Positions 22,507 through 31,442 of a stretch of 64,000 nucleotides of DNA are shown in pieces. Positions within the stretch are counted from its first letter, which is position 1. Each line of letters begins with the position of its first letter. The translations under genes and the position numbers were made by a program. Below the pieces are notes generated by a model. The model saw only the letters and a list, made by a program, of their open reading frames with translations. It had not been told where the DNA came from and ran no database searches. Source of the DNA: Vicinamibacterales bacterium (GTDB lineage: Bacteria > Acidobacteriota > Vicinamibacteria > Vicinamibacterales > UBA8438); the NCBI GenBank assembly GCA_965203525.1, contig OZ241898.1, positions 1,984,176 through 2,048,175 on the forward strand. Direction: 5' to 3'.

Positions 22507-25500
22507 TTACTTCCCCACGGGAAACGTCGCGTCGAGCAGCGCCGCCGCCGCCCGCCGGTCGAGCAGACTCGCGGCGAACTGGGTATCGGCCGTCAGCAGA
22601 CAGCCGTGGCATGCACGATCGCAGTCGTCGTTCCTGCAATCGAGAATCTTCCGAGCGAGTCCGGCGATTCGACCGAGCTCGTGCTGCAGGATGGTCGTGT
22701 AACCGGTGCCGGCGGACGACGCATCGAACAGGAAACCCGAGCGCGTCACCAGGTCCTCGCCGGTCCTGCTCTGCGCGGCGGCGACGCCCATCTCCCGTTC
22801 GTCCACGCCGAGCAATCGAGTCACCCCGCCGCGCAACGCCACCGCCAGTGAATAGACCGCAGCCTGCGGCGGGTTGCCGTAGATTTGCAGCTCGAAGACG
22901 TCCGTGCGGCTGGAGCAGCCCAGATTGGCGTTTCTCTTCACGGCCCACGGCTGGTCGCTCCCCTCACAGATCGATGTCCCGGTCCGTTTGCGTCCGCCGC
23001 GCAGACGCGAATGGCGGTCGCCCAGGGGATTGCCAAGTCCGAACTCCCGCTCCGGCGCTGCCCGACCGCAACGCAGACAGACGGCGTAGCCCTTCCCACC
23101 CGGGCCGCCGTTGCCGTGGAAGATGTGCCCGTCCTCCGTGTATCGGAAGCGCCCGCGGGTCGGATCCGGGAACGACACCCAGTGGCTCGTCGGGCAGCTC
23201 ACCCAGGGTTCGTTCACCGGCAGGTACGTCGCCGTCGTCACGTCGTTGTGCGGCTGGCGCTGGAAGTCCACCGCGAATCCAGCCGGCTCGATGAACACGT
23301 ACGTCTCGACGTTGTCCGCTCCGCACACGTCGCATCCTGCCTGCGAGCCCGCGCGGTCACCGGTAGCGCCACAGCGGCGGCAACGCCACGCAGAGCGGAT
23401 CGACTGGATCTCGCGGACGCCGTCCGCGTCGGCGGGCAGGCGCCAGTTGAGCGTCACGCCGTCCGACCGGTGGACGCGTCCATCGACGACCACGTCGGCG
23501 CCCGGCGCATAGTCCCGAATGGCGCCCGGCGCCTCGCGGGTGGGAAAACCAGCCCGCGGTCCGAAGGCTTCGTCCCGCGTCGGGGCTTCCCGTTCCCGCC
23601 GGCGCAAGTCCGCTTTCGACGTCGTCACGAAACTGACGATTCCGGTGGGGAAACCGTGGCCGGGCAGTACTCCTCTGCGCACCATTTCGCCCAGGAGGTA
23701 CTCGCCGCGATGACGTTCGAGCTGCCTGCTCACGGCGAGGAACGCCGGGTTCTTCACGTGGCCCGGCGCACCCTCAAACCACGCGGCGTCGGTTTTGAGG
23801 GCATCGAGTGCGTTCGTCCACTCGGTCCCGGCCTTCTCGACCGCGGCCGCCGCCTCTTGCAGCAGCTTGTCGATCTCCTCGCCGTCGAGGGCGGTGCGCG
23901 CCACGAGACGGCGGAGCCCACGGGCGACGTCCTCATCGCCGGACGCCGCCTTCAGGCACCACACCCGGAACCGGGCCGCTGGCGACTGCGCGGCGCCCTC
24001 CGACTCGAAGAACCATCCCGCTTCCAGACGATGGGCGTTGGAGCTGTCGAGGAAGCGCCCCAGCAAGAGCGCGTTGACGTGCCGCTGGACCAGCCGCCGG
24101 CTGTCGAGCCCGACGCGCGGCGGGCTGATCGAAGCATCGAACGGCCAGCGCGGGTTCTTGAAGACTTCCACGCCGTGCGGCGTGTTCCTGCAAAGCGTCA
24201 GCGCGAGGGAGCTGCCTTCGCCGCGTCGCCCGGCACGTCCCGCCCGCTGGCGGTAGTTCGCGGCGTGCGGCGGAGGATTGCTCATCATCACGGCGGCCAG
24301 ACCGCCGATGTCGATGCCCATCTCCATCGTCGTGGAACAGCTCAGGACGTTCATCGCACCGGCCTTGAACAATCCCTCCTGCTGTCTCAGACGCTGGCCG
24401 CTGATCTGCGCCGAATGCTCGCCGACCGCGAAGTACGGACTCATGGCCACCGCGCGGTCGTTCAGGTTGGACCACAGCCCCCGGGCGCGGGCGTCTCTGA
24501 CGTCAGGGTCGTCGTTCAGCCATTCGATCACGGTCGCCGTGGAGAGCGAACCGCCCTTCTCGTCCCGCCAGAACGGGTACGGCAACCGCGGCATGCGGAT
24601 CTCCTCGCAACGGTCGTCGTCGCCGTGGAGCGGCGTGTAGGGCGACCGGCCGGCGAGCGTCGTGTCGAGCATGCGCCGCGTGAAGGGACACACGCGCAGA
24701 TCCCGCGCCTCCTCCAGCACGCAGGCGTCAGCCAGGCGAAAGAGGTAGCCGTGCTCGACCTGCCGCAGATGCGGCAACACGACCGTCCATGCCGAGCGCA
24801 GACACAGCTCGACCGCATCACGGTGCACAGCGTCCTTCAGATCCAGCCCGAAGGCGCGACAGAGCACGTCCAGTACGACCGCACGGTTGCCCCCGGCGCG
24901 TGCGCGCGGCCACAACGTCTGCCCCCGCGCGAGCCGGTCCCGGAAATCCGGTCCCTGCACGTAGCTTCGGTACATCCGGGTGCCCATCCACTGGAGATAC
25001 TCTTCCGGTATGTCGGTGGCGCCCCGCGCGCGCAGCACGAAGTCGATCACGAGCTTGACGAACCTCGGCCACTCGTCCCGCGGAGCTCCGAGGGGACCGG
25101 TCCACGCCGCCGGCGTCAGGTCGGCCGCCCGCTTCTCGATATCGGGATACCGCAAAGCAACCAAACCGAGCGTCTCGGCCGAGTTCATCCGCTTGGGACG
25201 GCGGAAGAACTCGCGGAACAGGCAGAACTCCGCGTACTCCGTCGCCGGAATGTCCACACCGCTCAGGCGCCAGTACTCGGCGCGCATCCTTCCGACGTCG
25301 ATGCCGTTGGCGAGTTGCGACACGGCGTCCCGCCAGGAAAGGCGTCCCAACGGCGCGTCCAACGACTCCGCCTTCGCCGTCTCCAGGCTGTTTTTCTTCT
25401 CTTTCAGGATGGCCCGGAGGGGCGGCGAACCCGATGCGACCTTCTCCAGCTCGGCCACCTCGCCCGTGAGCCGCTGGACATCGTCCTCCGACGCGCCAGC

Positions 25501-27534
25501 GCGTCTTCGCGCCGCTGCGATGCCGTGCAGCAATTGGCTGCGTACGTAGTTTCGCTCCGATTCCTGCTGGAGCCTGACCGCCAGCCGCGCCGACCCCTGC
25601 CGGGAGTCGCTGAATGCGAGCAATCGCCGACCGCCGAACGGGACGTCGTTCGACTGCTCCGCCGGAGGCGTGTGCTCCAGCACCGTCGGGGTGACGGTCG
25701 ACAGAAGAAACGGCGCCCCCATCCGCAATGGCCAAAACAGAGAATCCCTCCTCGACTCGCGTTCGCCGCAGCGCCGACACCGCAATGGACCGGCCTCGTC
25801 TTCCGGCGCAGCGACCGAGACGCAGCCGGGCGCCGACGAGAACAAGACATCCCAAGTGTTGGCGCCCAACGCCACGCTTTCGGTGTCGACACCGATGCTC
25901 GTGATCAAGCGGCGCTCGGCGGGCTGGACCATCGGCGCTTCGTCGCTCGCTTCTCCGGCGCCGTCTTCGGTTTCCGGCGCATCGACTTCGAGCTGGAACT
26001 CATCGACCGCCGACTGCGCCGCGCGCGGCCGCAGCGTCGTCACGCCCGCATCCGGGTCGTTGCGCTCGTCAGCCGCCAGATACACCTCCCCGCAGGCGCG
26101 GCACTGCACAATCTCGTAGACCGGGTGCTCGCAGTGGCGGCAGAAGTCCCGGGGGACCGTGTGAATGGCGCCGAGCGCCCACTCGCCGCCCAGGCCCCGC
26201 GGGCAGGCCGGATTCGCGCATGCCCACAGACCGGCCTGTGTGCGGCAGAACAGGTGCCCGCGAAGCGGCAGAAAGACCTGGTCACCGCGCCGCGCCGTCG
26301 TGCACAGGTCGATCAGCCGCAGGAGCCTGTCGACCGTGGCTTCGGAACGCCACCGGCGGCGGACGTCGGAAAGCGCGGCCACGTTGTTGGGTGACGAGGC
26401 GAACAAGCCGCGGAGCCGTCTCGCCTCGCGACTAGCGACGAGACGCGAAAACCTCTCCTCGGGAGACAGCGTCCGGAGATCGTCGACGTCGAGCGGCGCC
26501 GCGTCCGTCGCCGCGGGCAGGTCCGGTACGTCCCGCGCGCCGGCGACGACGTGCACGCTCGGCGGCGGCGCGCCCGACACGTCGCACAAGAAACGGCGCA
26601 ACGCCTCGTGTTCCTTCCGACCACCGAGCGTGGCCGACGTGGCGACGAACCGCACGTCGCACGGCTCGACCCCGAACCGGTGCAGGACGCGCCGGATGAG
26701 CAGCGCCATCTCCGCGGCGCGTGAACCGATGTAGGTGTGCGCCTCGTCCAGCACGATCCAGCGCAGTGTCCCCGGCGACCCGGCGATGATCGGCGCATCG
26801 GCGTCGCGAACCAGCATGTATTCCAGCATCGTCGCGTTGGTCACGAGGACAGGTGCCGGATCCTCACGCAACGCCTGCCGCGTGCGTTGCTCCGCCGGGG
26901 ACGCATCGCGCAGTTTGTGAGCAGGCAGCGTGTCCGGCGTCTCGCCGTTGTACAGACAGAACCGGATGTCGCCGCCGAACGCCGACGACCACGCGCGCAG
27001 GCGTTCGCGCTGACTGTTGATCAGCGCGTTCAACGGGTACAGAAACAGGGCGCGCACCCCGGTGAGACGCCCGCGGTCGGTGCACTCACGGGCGAGCTGA
27101 TCGAGTATCGGCACGAGGAAGCACTCGGTCTTCCCCGACCCGGTTCCGCTCGTGACCAGTACCGACTGGGCGGGCGCTTGGCCCAGCAACCGCCAGCAGC
27201 GCAGTTGGTGTTCGTACGGGCGCCAGTCGCGGCCGAAGCGGTAGTCGGCGCAGTCCGCGGGCGGGCTGTCCATCGCTTCCACGAGCCGGGGCGTGAGCGT
27301 GCAGGCCTCGGCGAGATCGGCCATCGTTTCCCGCGCAAGGCGCCAGCCGAACGTCGCCTCGAAGATCGGGTCGGCGAGCAGCGCGCCGTCGCTGCCCGCG
27401 GGCGCCTCGAACGTGTCGATCAAGAAGCGCCGGAGCTCCGGCGACCGCACGGCCAGTTGGCTCGACAGCGCACGCGAGGAACGCTGCGAGAGATCGCGAA
27501 CGACGTCGGCAAACGAAAGCGGCTGTTCAGTCAT
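22507..27534 (-). CDS. druE: Giant SF2 DEAH-box helicase with C-terminal Cys-cluster (DUF1998/MrfA-Zn-like) region; DruE-like
   Basis: 1675 aa with Walker A VTSGTGSGKTECF, LDEAHTY, ATSATLG, GIDIGGL and QRAGRAGRRG. Multiple CxxC pairs are present, including C-terminal CLRCGR... and CDRACHGC. ATG 27534 overlaps the upstream stop by 8 nt. The family call rests on architecture and context, not on a database search. Confidence 0.6.
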   Translation of the reverse strand: MTEQPLSFADVVRDLSQRSSRALSSQLAVRSPELRRFLIDTFEAPAGSDGALLADPIFEATFGWRLARETMADLAEACTLTPRLVEAMDSPPADCADYRFGRDWRPYEHQLRCWRLLGQAPAQSVLVTSGTGSGKTECFLVPILDQLARECTDRGRLTGVRALFLYPLNALINSQRERLRAWSSAFGGDIRFCLYNGETPDTLPAHKLRDASPAEQRTRQALREDPAPVLVTNATMLEYMLVRDADAPIIAGSPGTLRWIVLDEAHTYIGSRAAEMALLIRRVLHRFGVEPCDVRFVATSATLGGRKEHEALRRFLCDVSGAPPPSVHVVAGARDVPDLPAATDAAPLDVDDLRTLSPEERFSRLVASREARRLRGLFASSPNNVAALSDVRRRWRSEATVDRLLRLIDLCTTARRGDQVFLPLRGHLFCRTQAGLWACANPACPRGLGGEWALGAIHTVPRDFCRHCEHPVYEIVQCRACGEVYLAADERNDPDAGVTTLRPRAAQSAVDEFQLEVDAPETEDGAGEASDEAPMVQPAERRLITSIGVDTESVALGANTWDVLFSSAPGCVSVAAPEDEAGPLRCRRCGERESRRDSLFWPLRMGAPFLLSTVTPTVLEHTPPAEQSNDVPFGGRRLLAFSDSRQGSARLAVRLQQESERNYVRSQLLHGIAAARRRAGASEDDVQRLTGEVAELEKVASGSPPLRAILKEKKNSLETAKAESLDAPLGRLSWRDAVSQLANGIDVGRMRAEYWRLSGVDIPATEYAEFCLFREFFRRPKRMNSAETLGLVALRYPDIEKRAADLTPAAWTGPLGAPRDEWPRFVKLVIDFVLRARGATDIPEEYLQWMGTRMYRSYVQGPDFRDRLARGQTLWPRARAGGNRAVVLDVLCRAFGLDLKDAVHRDAVELCLRSAWTVVLPHLRQVEHGYLFRLADACVLEEARDLRVCPFTRRMLDTTLAGRSPYTPLHGDDDRCEEIRMPRLPYPFWRDEKGGSLSTATVIEWLNDDPDVRDARARGLWSNLNDRAVAMSPYFAVGEHSAQISGQRLRQQEGLFKAGAMNVLSCSTTMEMGIDIGGLAAVMMSNPPPHAANYRQRAGRAGRRGEGSSLALTLCRNTPHGVEVFKNPRWPFDASISPPRVGLDSRRLVQRHVNALLLGRFLDSSNAHRLEAGWFFESEGAAQSPAARFRVWCLKAASGDEDVARGLRRLVARTALDGEEIDKLLQEAAAAVEKAGTEWTNALDALKTDAAWFEGAPGHVKNPAFLAVSRQLERHRGEYLLGEMVRRGVLPGHGFPTGIVSFVTTSKADLRRREREAPTRDEAFGPRAGFPTREAPGAIRDYAPGADVVVDGRVHRSDGVTLNWRLPADADGVREIQSIRSAWRCRRCGATGDRAGSQAGCDVCGADNVETYVFIEPAGFAVDFQRQPHNDVTTATYLPVNEPWVSCPTSHWVSFPDPTRGRFRYTEDGHIFHGNGGPGGKGYAVCLRCGRAAPEREFGLGNPLGDRHSRLRGGRKRTGTSICEGSDQPWAVKRNANLGCSSRTDVFELQIYGNPPQAAVYSLAVALRGGVTRLLGVDEREMGVAAAQSRTGEDLVTRSGFLFDASSAGTGYTTILQHELGRIAGLARKILDCRNDDCDRACHGCLLTADTQFAASLLDRRAAAALLDATFPVGK

Positions 27535-30500
27535 GGTTCGGGATGTCGAGGTCGACACCGAGGATTCGGCCGAGGCCGGCGACGTACGCGGCGTCGAACC
27601 ACTCGGGCGCGTGTGACCGGAGCAGTTTCGTCGCATGAACCAGCCGGCGCGACACGCGAGCGCCCTCCGACGCCGCGAACGCAGCACCGATCGGGGCGTC
27701 CGTGAGTGGACGCCGGAATCCAACGCGCTGGCAGTCTGCCCAGACCGCGTCCTTCCCTGGCGATTCCCGCAACAGCGCAATCTCGGCGGCCCAATCGTCC
27801 CGGTCCGGCCCGGCAGGCCAACGGAAGTCACTGCCGGCTCTCAACAAGAACTGGTACGGACCTTCGGCGCCAGACAATCCGTTGAACGCCTCGTGTAGCG
27901 GAGGGGTTGCAGACCCCTGATAGGCGATCCGGCGGCCGGAAATTGCTTCGTCAGCGAAGTACTCCAACGGGCTCAAGCCCGGACAGAAGCGCGACGCCTC
28001 CGCCGCCACTTGATGGAGCCGCTCATCAGCCCGCTGCCGCACCTCGTCCGCAGCGAAGACAGCGACCTCCTCCAGTTCGGTGCGAATCGCCCGGTGCGTG
28101 CCGGTCATTTCCTCGCGCCACACCCGAACCGGAACGAGCAGCCACGTGAACGGCAACTCGTGCTCGAGCCGCCAGATCCTCGCGCGCGCCTCTTCCCGCG
28201 GAGTCCGCAGCAGCAACCGGACCAGCGCGGCAGGGTTGCCCGACAGACAGTCCAACGCATCGAACGTCGTGGCCGGCAACCCGCGGCTCACGTCGAGAAG
28301 GTCGGCCAGGTACTCCCAGTTCTCGTCGCCGCCGCCTTCGACCATGTCTTGCAGGATCCGTCTCATGGCGGCGATTCGAGCCTCCATGTCCGGGACCGAC
28401 GAGGCGTCCGCGAGAGAACGCGCCTCCGCGGCGTCGAGCGGCGCCCGGTCGCTCGGGTCCAGGACGAAGGGGCGGGCGAAGTACTGATCGCCGGATCGCG
28501 CAAGCACGATCCGGGTCTGCTGTCGAAACGCCGACTCCGGGATCTTCCAGTCTCCCTCCGCGCCGTCGTCCCCGGCAGGTTCGAGCGGCGTCCGCCCAAG
28601 GCCGGGAGTCTCCAGACCGAACGCCTCGAAGGTCACGGGCGCGCCGTCCGGCACGCAACGAACCGGGACCGAACAGATCGACGCGTCGGAAACCTTGACG
28701 TCGCACGCGAATCTGCGTACGACTGTTCGCTCTTCGGCGAAACCGCCAGAAGTCAGTTCGAGATGGATCCGGGCATCGAGCCGCTTCGTGGCTGCGAACA
28801 GCGATTCGAGCGCATCGTGGACCAGGACCAGCGGTAACTCCGAAACGCCGTCGCCGATCTTCGGCAGTGCGATGTCGAAGTGGGCCGCGGCCTGCATCCG
28901 CTCATCGAGATCGCTGGCGCGCAACTCCCCGACGAGGCGAAAGGTGTCGCTCGCCTGCGGCGAAATCGCCAGCGCCCGCCACCCGTACAGCGATTCCACC
29001 GACAGCGCACGACGGCGGTCGGCATCCTCGTGTTCCGGGTGTACGAACCGGGCGCCGCGGCCTGGAAACGGCACGGTCACGGGCAGGGTCGATCCGTTCG
29101 GCCAACGCGTCACCAATTCCACGTGTGAAGGCGGGCCCGTCCGCCTGCCCGTCCGCCCGTCTCCTGCGACGGCGACGCGGTCCGGTGCGAAGCGCACGGT
29201 GACGCGCAGGTGATCGGCCTGCCTCTCGCTTTCGACGTCGACGTGCGGGTGTTCGCAGGCGATGTCGAGTGACGCGCCTCTGATATCCACGAAACCGCGA
29301 GTCGGTTCCCGTCCTGGTACGACCTTCGCGCCGAAGTCCGCGCCCGCCAGGCAGATCTTCGACAGGAACACGGTCTCGCCATCAACCTCTCGCCGGACCC
29401 GCCATACCCCTGGGCTGTCGAGATTCCGAAACCATCCATCACCGCGCTCCGCGCGCCAGGAGACCTGGGCGGCAGGAACCCGACGCCACGCTCCGTCGGG
29501 CTCGATGGAAGACAGTGACGGCTGGTCGTGGTAGACGGGCGCCGGCGCCTCGAAATCGAAACAGCGCTTGCCAGTGAGACGATGCTCGAACTGTCTCTCC
29601 TGCTCCTGCGCCGTTCGTATCCTGCAGGTTCCGGCTGGCGTATCGATCCTGACGTCCCCTTCGACGTCGAACATCACGCGGCCGGTGATCGGCTGCGTCT
29701 CCCAACGGCGGCAGTCGGGATGCCGGAGAAGCACCGGAGCCGTCTCGTCGCGGCACGCAACCGCGACGCGCCGGAAGCGGGTGCGGACCGAGCCTTCGGC
29801 GTAGAGATCGAGCCGGACCTCGTCGTCGTCCGTAGCGGCGAACACCCAGGGCAGCTCGTCGGCAGGCGCCGCGCCTCCCCGAGGCGCGAAGCTGTCCCCG
29901 GTCCGGCGTCCGGCCTGGAGGAACCAGCGGATCTCCCGGTCGGCGACGGCCGCCAGATCCCCGGGCTCGGCAAGCACGCCGGAGAACACGACCTCGTCAC
30001 CTGCGACCCGCCCGTTGGCTATCGGCGTGGGGCGGTTCCCATCGACGCGCAGTTGGAATCGATTGGGCAGGTCCCCCTGCTCGATACCGATCAGCCGCGC
30101 TACGCCCGCCGCGGGCATGCGTCGCGGCACACGCGGCTCGACGACGAACCTCCGGCCGGCAGCCGCGTCGGTGATGTAGCGGAGCACCTGGAACTCTCCG
30201 GCCTCCGTGCTCTCCCCCGCGGCGGCGTCGCGCAGCAGCGAATCGATCAATCTTCGCGCCTGCCCGTCCTCGATGTCGATCGGCATCCGCGACCGCCATT
30301 CGGGAGTCTGCCTGTCCAGGACCGCAACCGGATCGTCCTGCGATCCGACGTCCCGCAGCTCCCAGATCTGATCCATGACCTCGGCACAGAGGCGGTAGAC
30401 CGGCTCCTGGCGCAGCGAGCGCGGCAGGTGCGAGCGGAGTGGTTCCGCGAGTTCGTAGCCATCCTCGACCACTCGGCGGAAAAGGCGGTACTCTCGCAGC

Positions 30501-30940
30501 AGCGCCCGCAGAAAACGGCGCACGTTCGAGTGCTGGCTCGATACCAAACGCAGCGGAAGTCCGCCCTGACAGGCGCAGGTGCCGAGGTAGCGGACGCTCG
30601 CACCGAAAACAACGGGTCTGACACGCCACCAGCGCCAAGCGTTCCGCAGTGGCTCGTAGAGTGCCGGGAACGGCGCCTCGCAACGGATGGAGTCGAGCAA
30701 CGGCTGCCATGCCCAGGAACCGCCGTCGTAGTGCCGCCGCCACCACTCGGCGGCATAGACGGCGAAGACTCGGCCGCCCGCGCCGGGATCACGCTGGGGG
30801 TGCCACCCGGCAAGCACGTCACGCGCCTCCTCGAAGCGTTCGGTCGAACACCGGTACGCATAGAGGGGCCGCGCGTCGGGATCGGAGAGTCCGACGGCCC
30901 CCAACAGACTCGACAACCACGCACGGGGTGTGACGGTCAT
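27527..30940 (-). CDS. Large (1137 aa) protein with no recognisable motifs, translationally coupled to the helicase; DruH-like candidate
   Basis: ATG 30940 is preceded by GGGGAGGAAC, and the ORF is uninterrupted to 27527. The CDS call is solid. The DruH assignment is by position and size only. Confidence 0.45.
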   Translation of the reverse strand: MTVTPRAWLSSLLGAVGLSDPDARPLYAYRCSTERFEEARDVLAGWHPQRDPGAGGRVFAVYAAEWWRRHYDGGSWAWQPLLDSIRCEAPFPALYEPLRNAWRWWRVRPVVFGASVRYLGTCACQGGLPLRLVSSQHSNVRRFLRALLREYRLFRRVVEDGYELAEPLRSHLPRSLRQEPVYRLCAEVMDQIWELRDVGSQDDPVAVLDRQTPEWRSRMPIDIEDGQARRLIDSLLRDAAAGESTEAGEFQVLRYITDAAAGRRFVVEPRVPRRMPAAGVARLIGIEQGDLPNRFQLRVDGNRPTPIANGRVAGDEVVFSGVLAEPGDLAAVADREIRWFLQAGRRTGDSFAPRGGAAPADELPWVFAATDDDEVRLDLYAEGSVRTRFRRVAVACRDETAPVLLRHPDCRRWETQPITGRVMFDVEGDVRIDTPAGTCRIRTAQEQERQFEHRLTGKRCFDFEAPAPVYHDQPSLSSIEPDGAWRRVPAAQVSWRAERGDGWFRNLDSPGVWRVRREVDGETVFLSKICLAGADFGAKVVPGREPTRGFVDIRGASLDIACEHPHVDVESERQADHLRVTVRFAPDRVAVAGDGRTGRRTGPPSHVELVTRWPNGSTLPVTVPFPGRGARFVHPEHEDADRRRALSVESLYGWRALAISPQASDTFRLVGELRASDLDERMQAAAHFDIALPKIGDGVSELPLVLVHDALESLFAATKRLDARIHLELTSGGFAEERTVVRRFACDVKVSDASICSVPVRCVPDGAPVTFEAFGLETPGLGRTPLEPAGDDGAEGDWKIPESAFRQQTRIVLARSGDQYFARPFVLDPSDRAPLDAAEARSLADASSVPDMEARIAAMRRILQDMVEGGGDENWEYLADLLDVSRGLPATTFDALDCLSGNPAALVRLLLRTPREEARARIWRLEHELPFTWLLVPVRVWREEMTGTHRAIRTELEEVAVFAADEVRQRADERLHQVAAEASRFCPGLSPLEYFADEAISGRRIAYQGSATPPLHEAFNGLSGAEGPYQFLLRAGSDFRWPAGPDRDDWAAEIALLRESPGKDAVWADCQRVGFRRPLTDAPIGAAFAASEGARVSRRLVHATKLLRSHAPEWFDAAYVAGLGRILGVDLDIPNHD

Positions 30941-31151
30941 GTTCCTCCCCGAAACGCGCAGTGCGGGCCTTCTCGCGGCCAATCACGCGGCCTGAGTCGC
31001 GTCCCTCCGACGGCGTCGCCCGGTGACGTCAAGGATACCGTCCACGTCAAGTTTCCGGCCTGGTATCCTGGTCCGGTCGATAGCCGGCGGCCATCGGGCC
31101 ATCCGGGCATCGTCGGTCGCTGCCCGCACCAGGGATGAGAGGCATGCGCAG

Positions 31152-31427
31152 ATGACGACCTGGCACTTCACGCTGATCGTCGACGGCCCGGACGTTCAGA
31201 GCGGAACGACGGTCGACGCGCTGTACGAAACGGGATGCGACGACGCGCTGATCGGCCGGGCCGACGGTGTCCAGTACATCGAGTTCGATCGCGAAGCGGC
31301 GGGTCTCGTCGAAGCCGTTCTGTCGGCGGTTGCCGACGTCGAGCGGGTCGCCGGGGTCAAGGTCGTGCGGATAGCAGACGCCGGACCGGCGTCGATGACC
31401 AGCCTGCGCGCCCTGGCCGGCTTGTGA
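31152..31427 (+). CDS. Small hypothetical protein (91 aa)
   Basis: MTTWHFTLIVDGPD...GCDDALIGRADGVQYIEFDREA... is a compact alpha/beta-looking protein. It is divergent from the giant operon. Its last 16 codons are duplicated at 40908-40956. Confidence 0.55.
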   Translation: MTTWHFTLIVDGPDVQSGTTVDALYETGCDDALIGRADGVQYIEFDREAAGLVEAVLSAVADVERVAGVKVVRIADAGPASMTSLRALAGL

Positions 31428-31442
31428 CGACCGGGCCGGGAA

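Noticed and set aside
22507-30982. DISARM (DrmA/DrmB) or MrfA/YprA repair helicase as the identity of the giant operon
   Set aside because: No methyltransferase, PLD nuclease (DrmC) or SNF2 gene is adjacent. The helicase is about twice the size of MrfA and is coupled to a single large unknown protein. The Druantia III layout fits better, though only profile searches can settle it.
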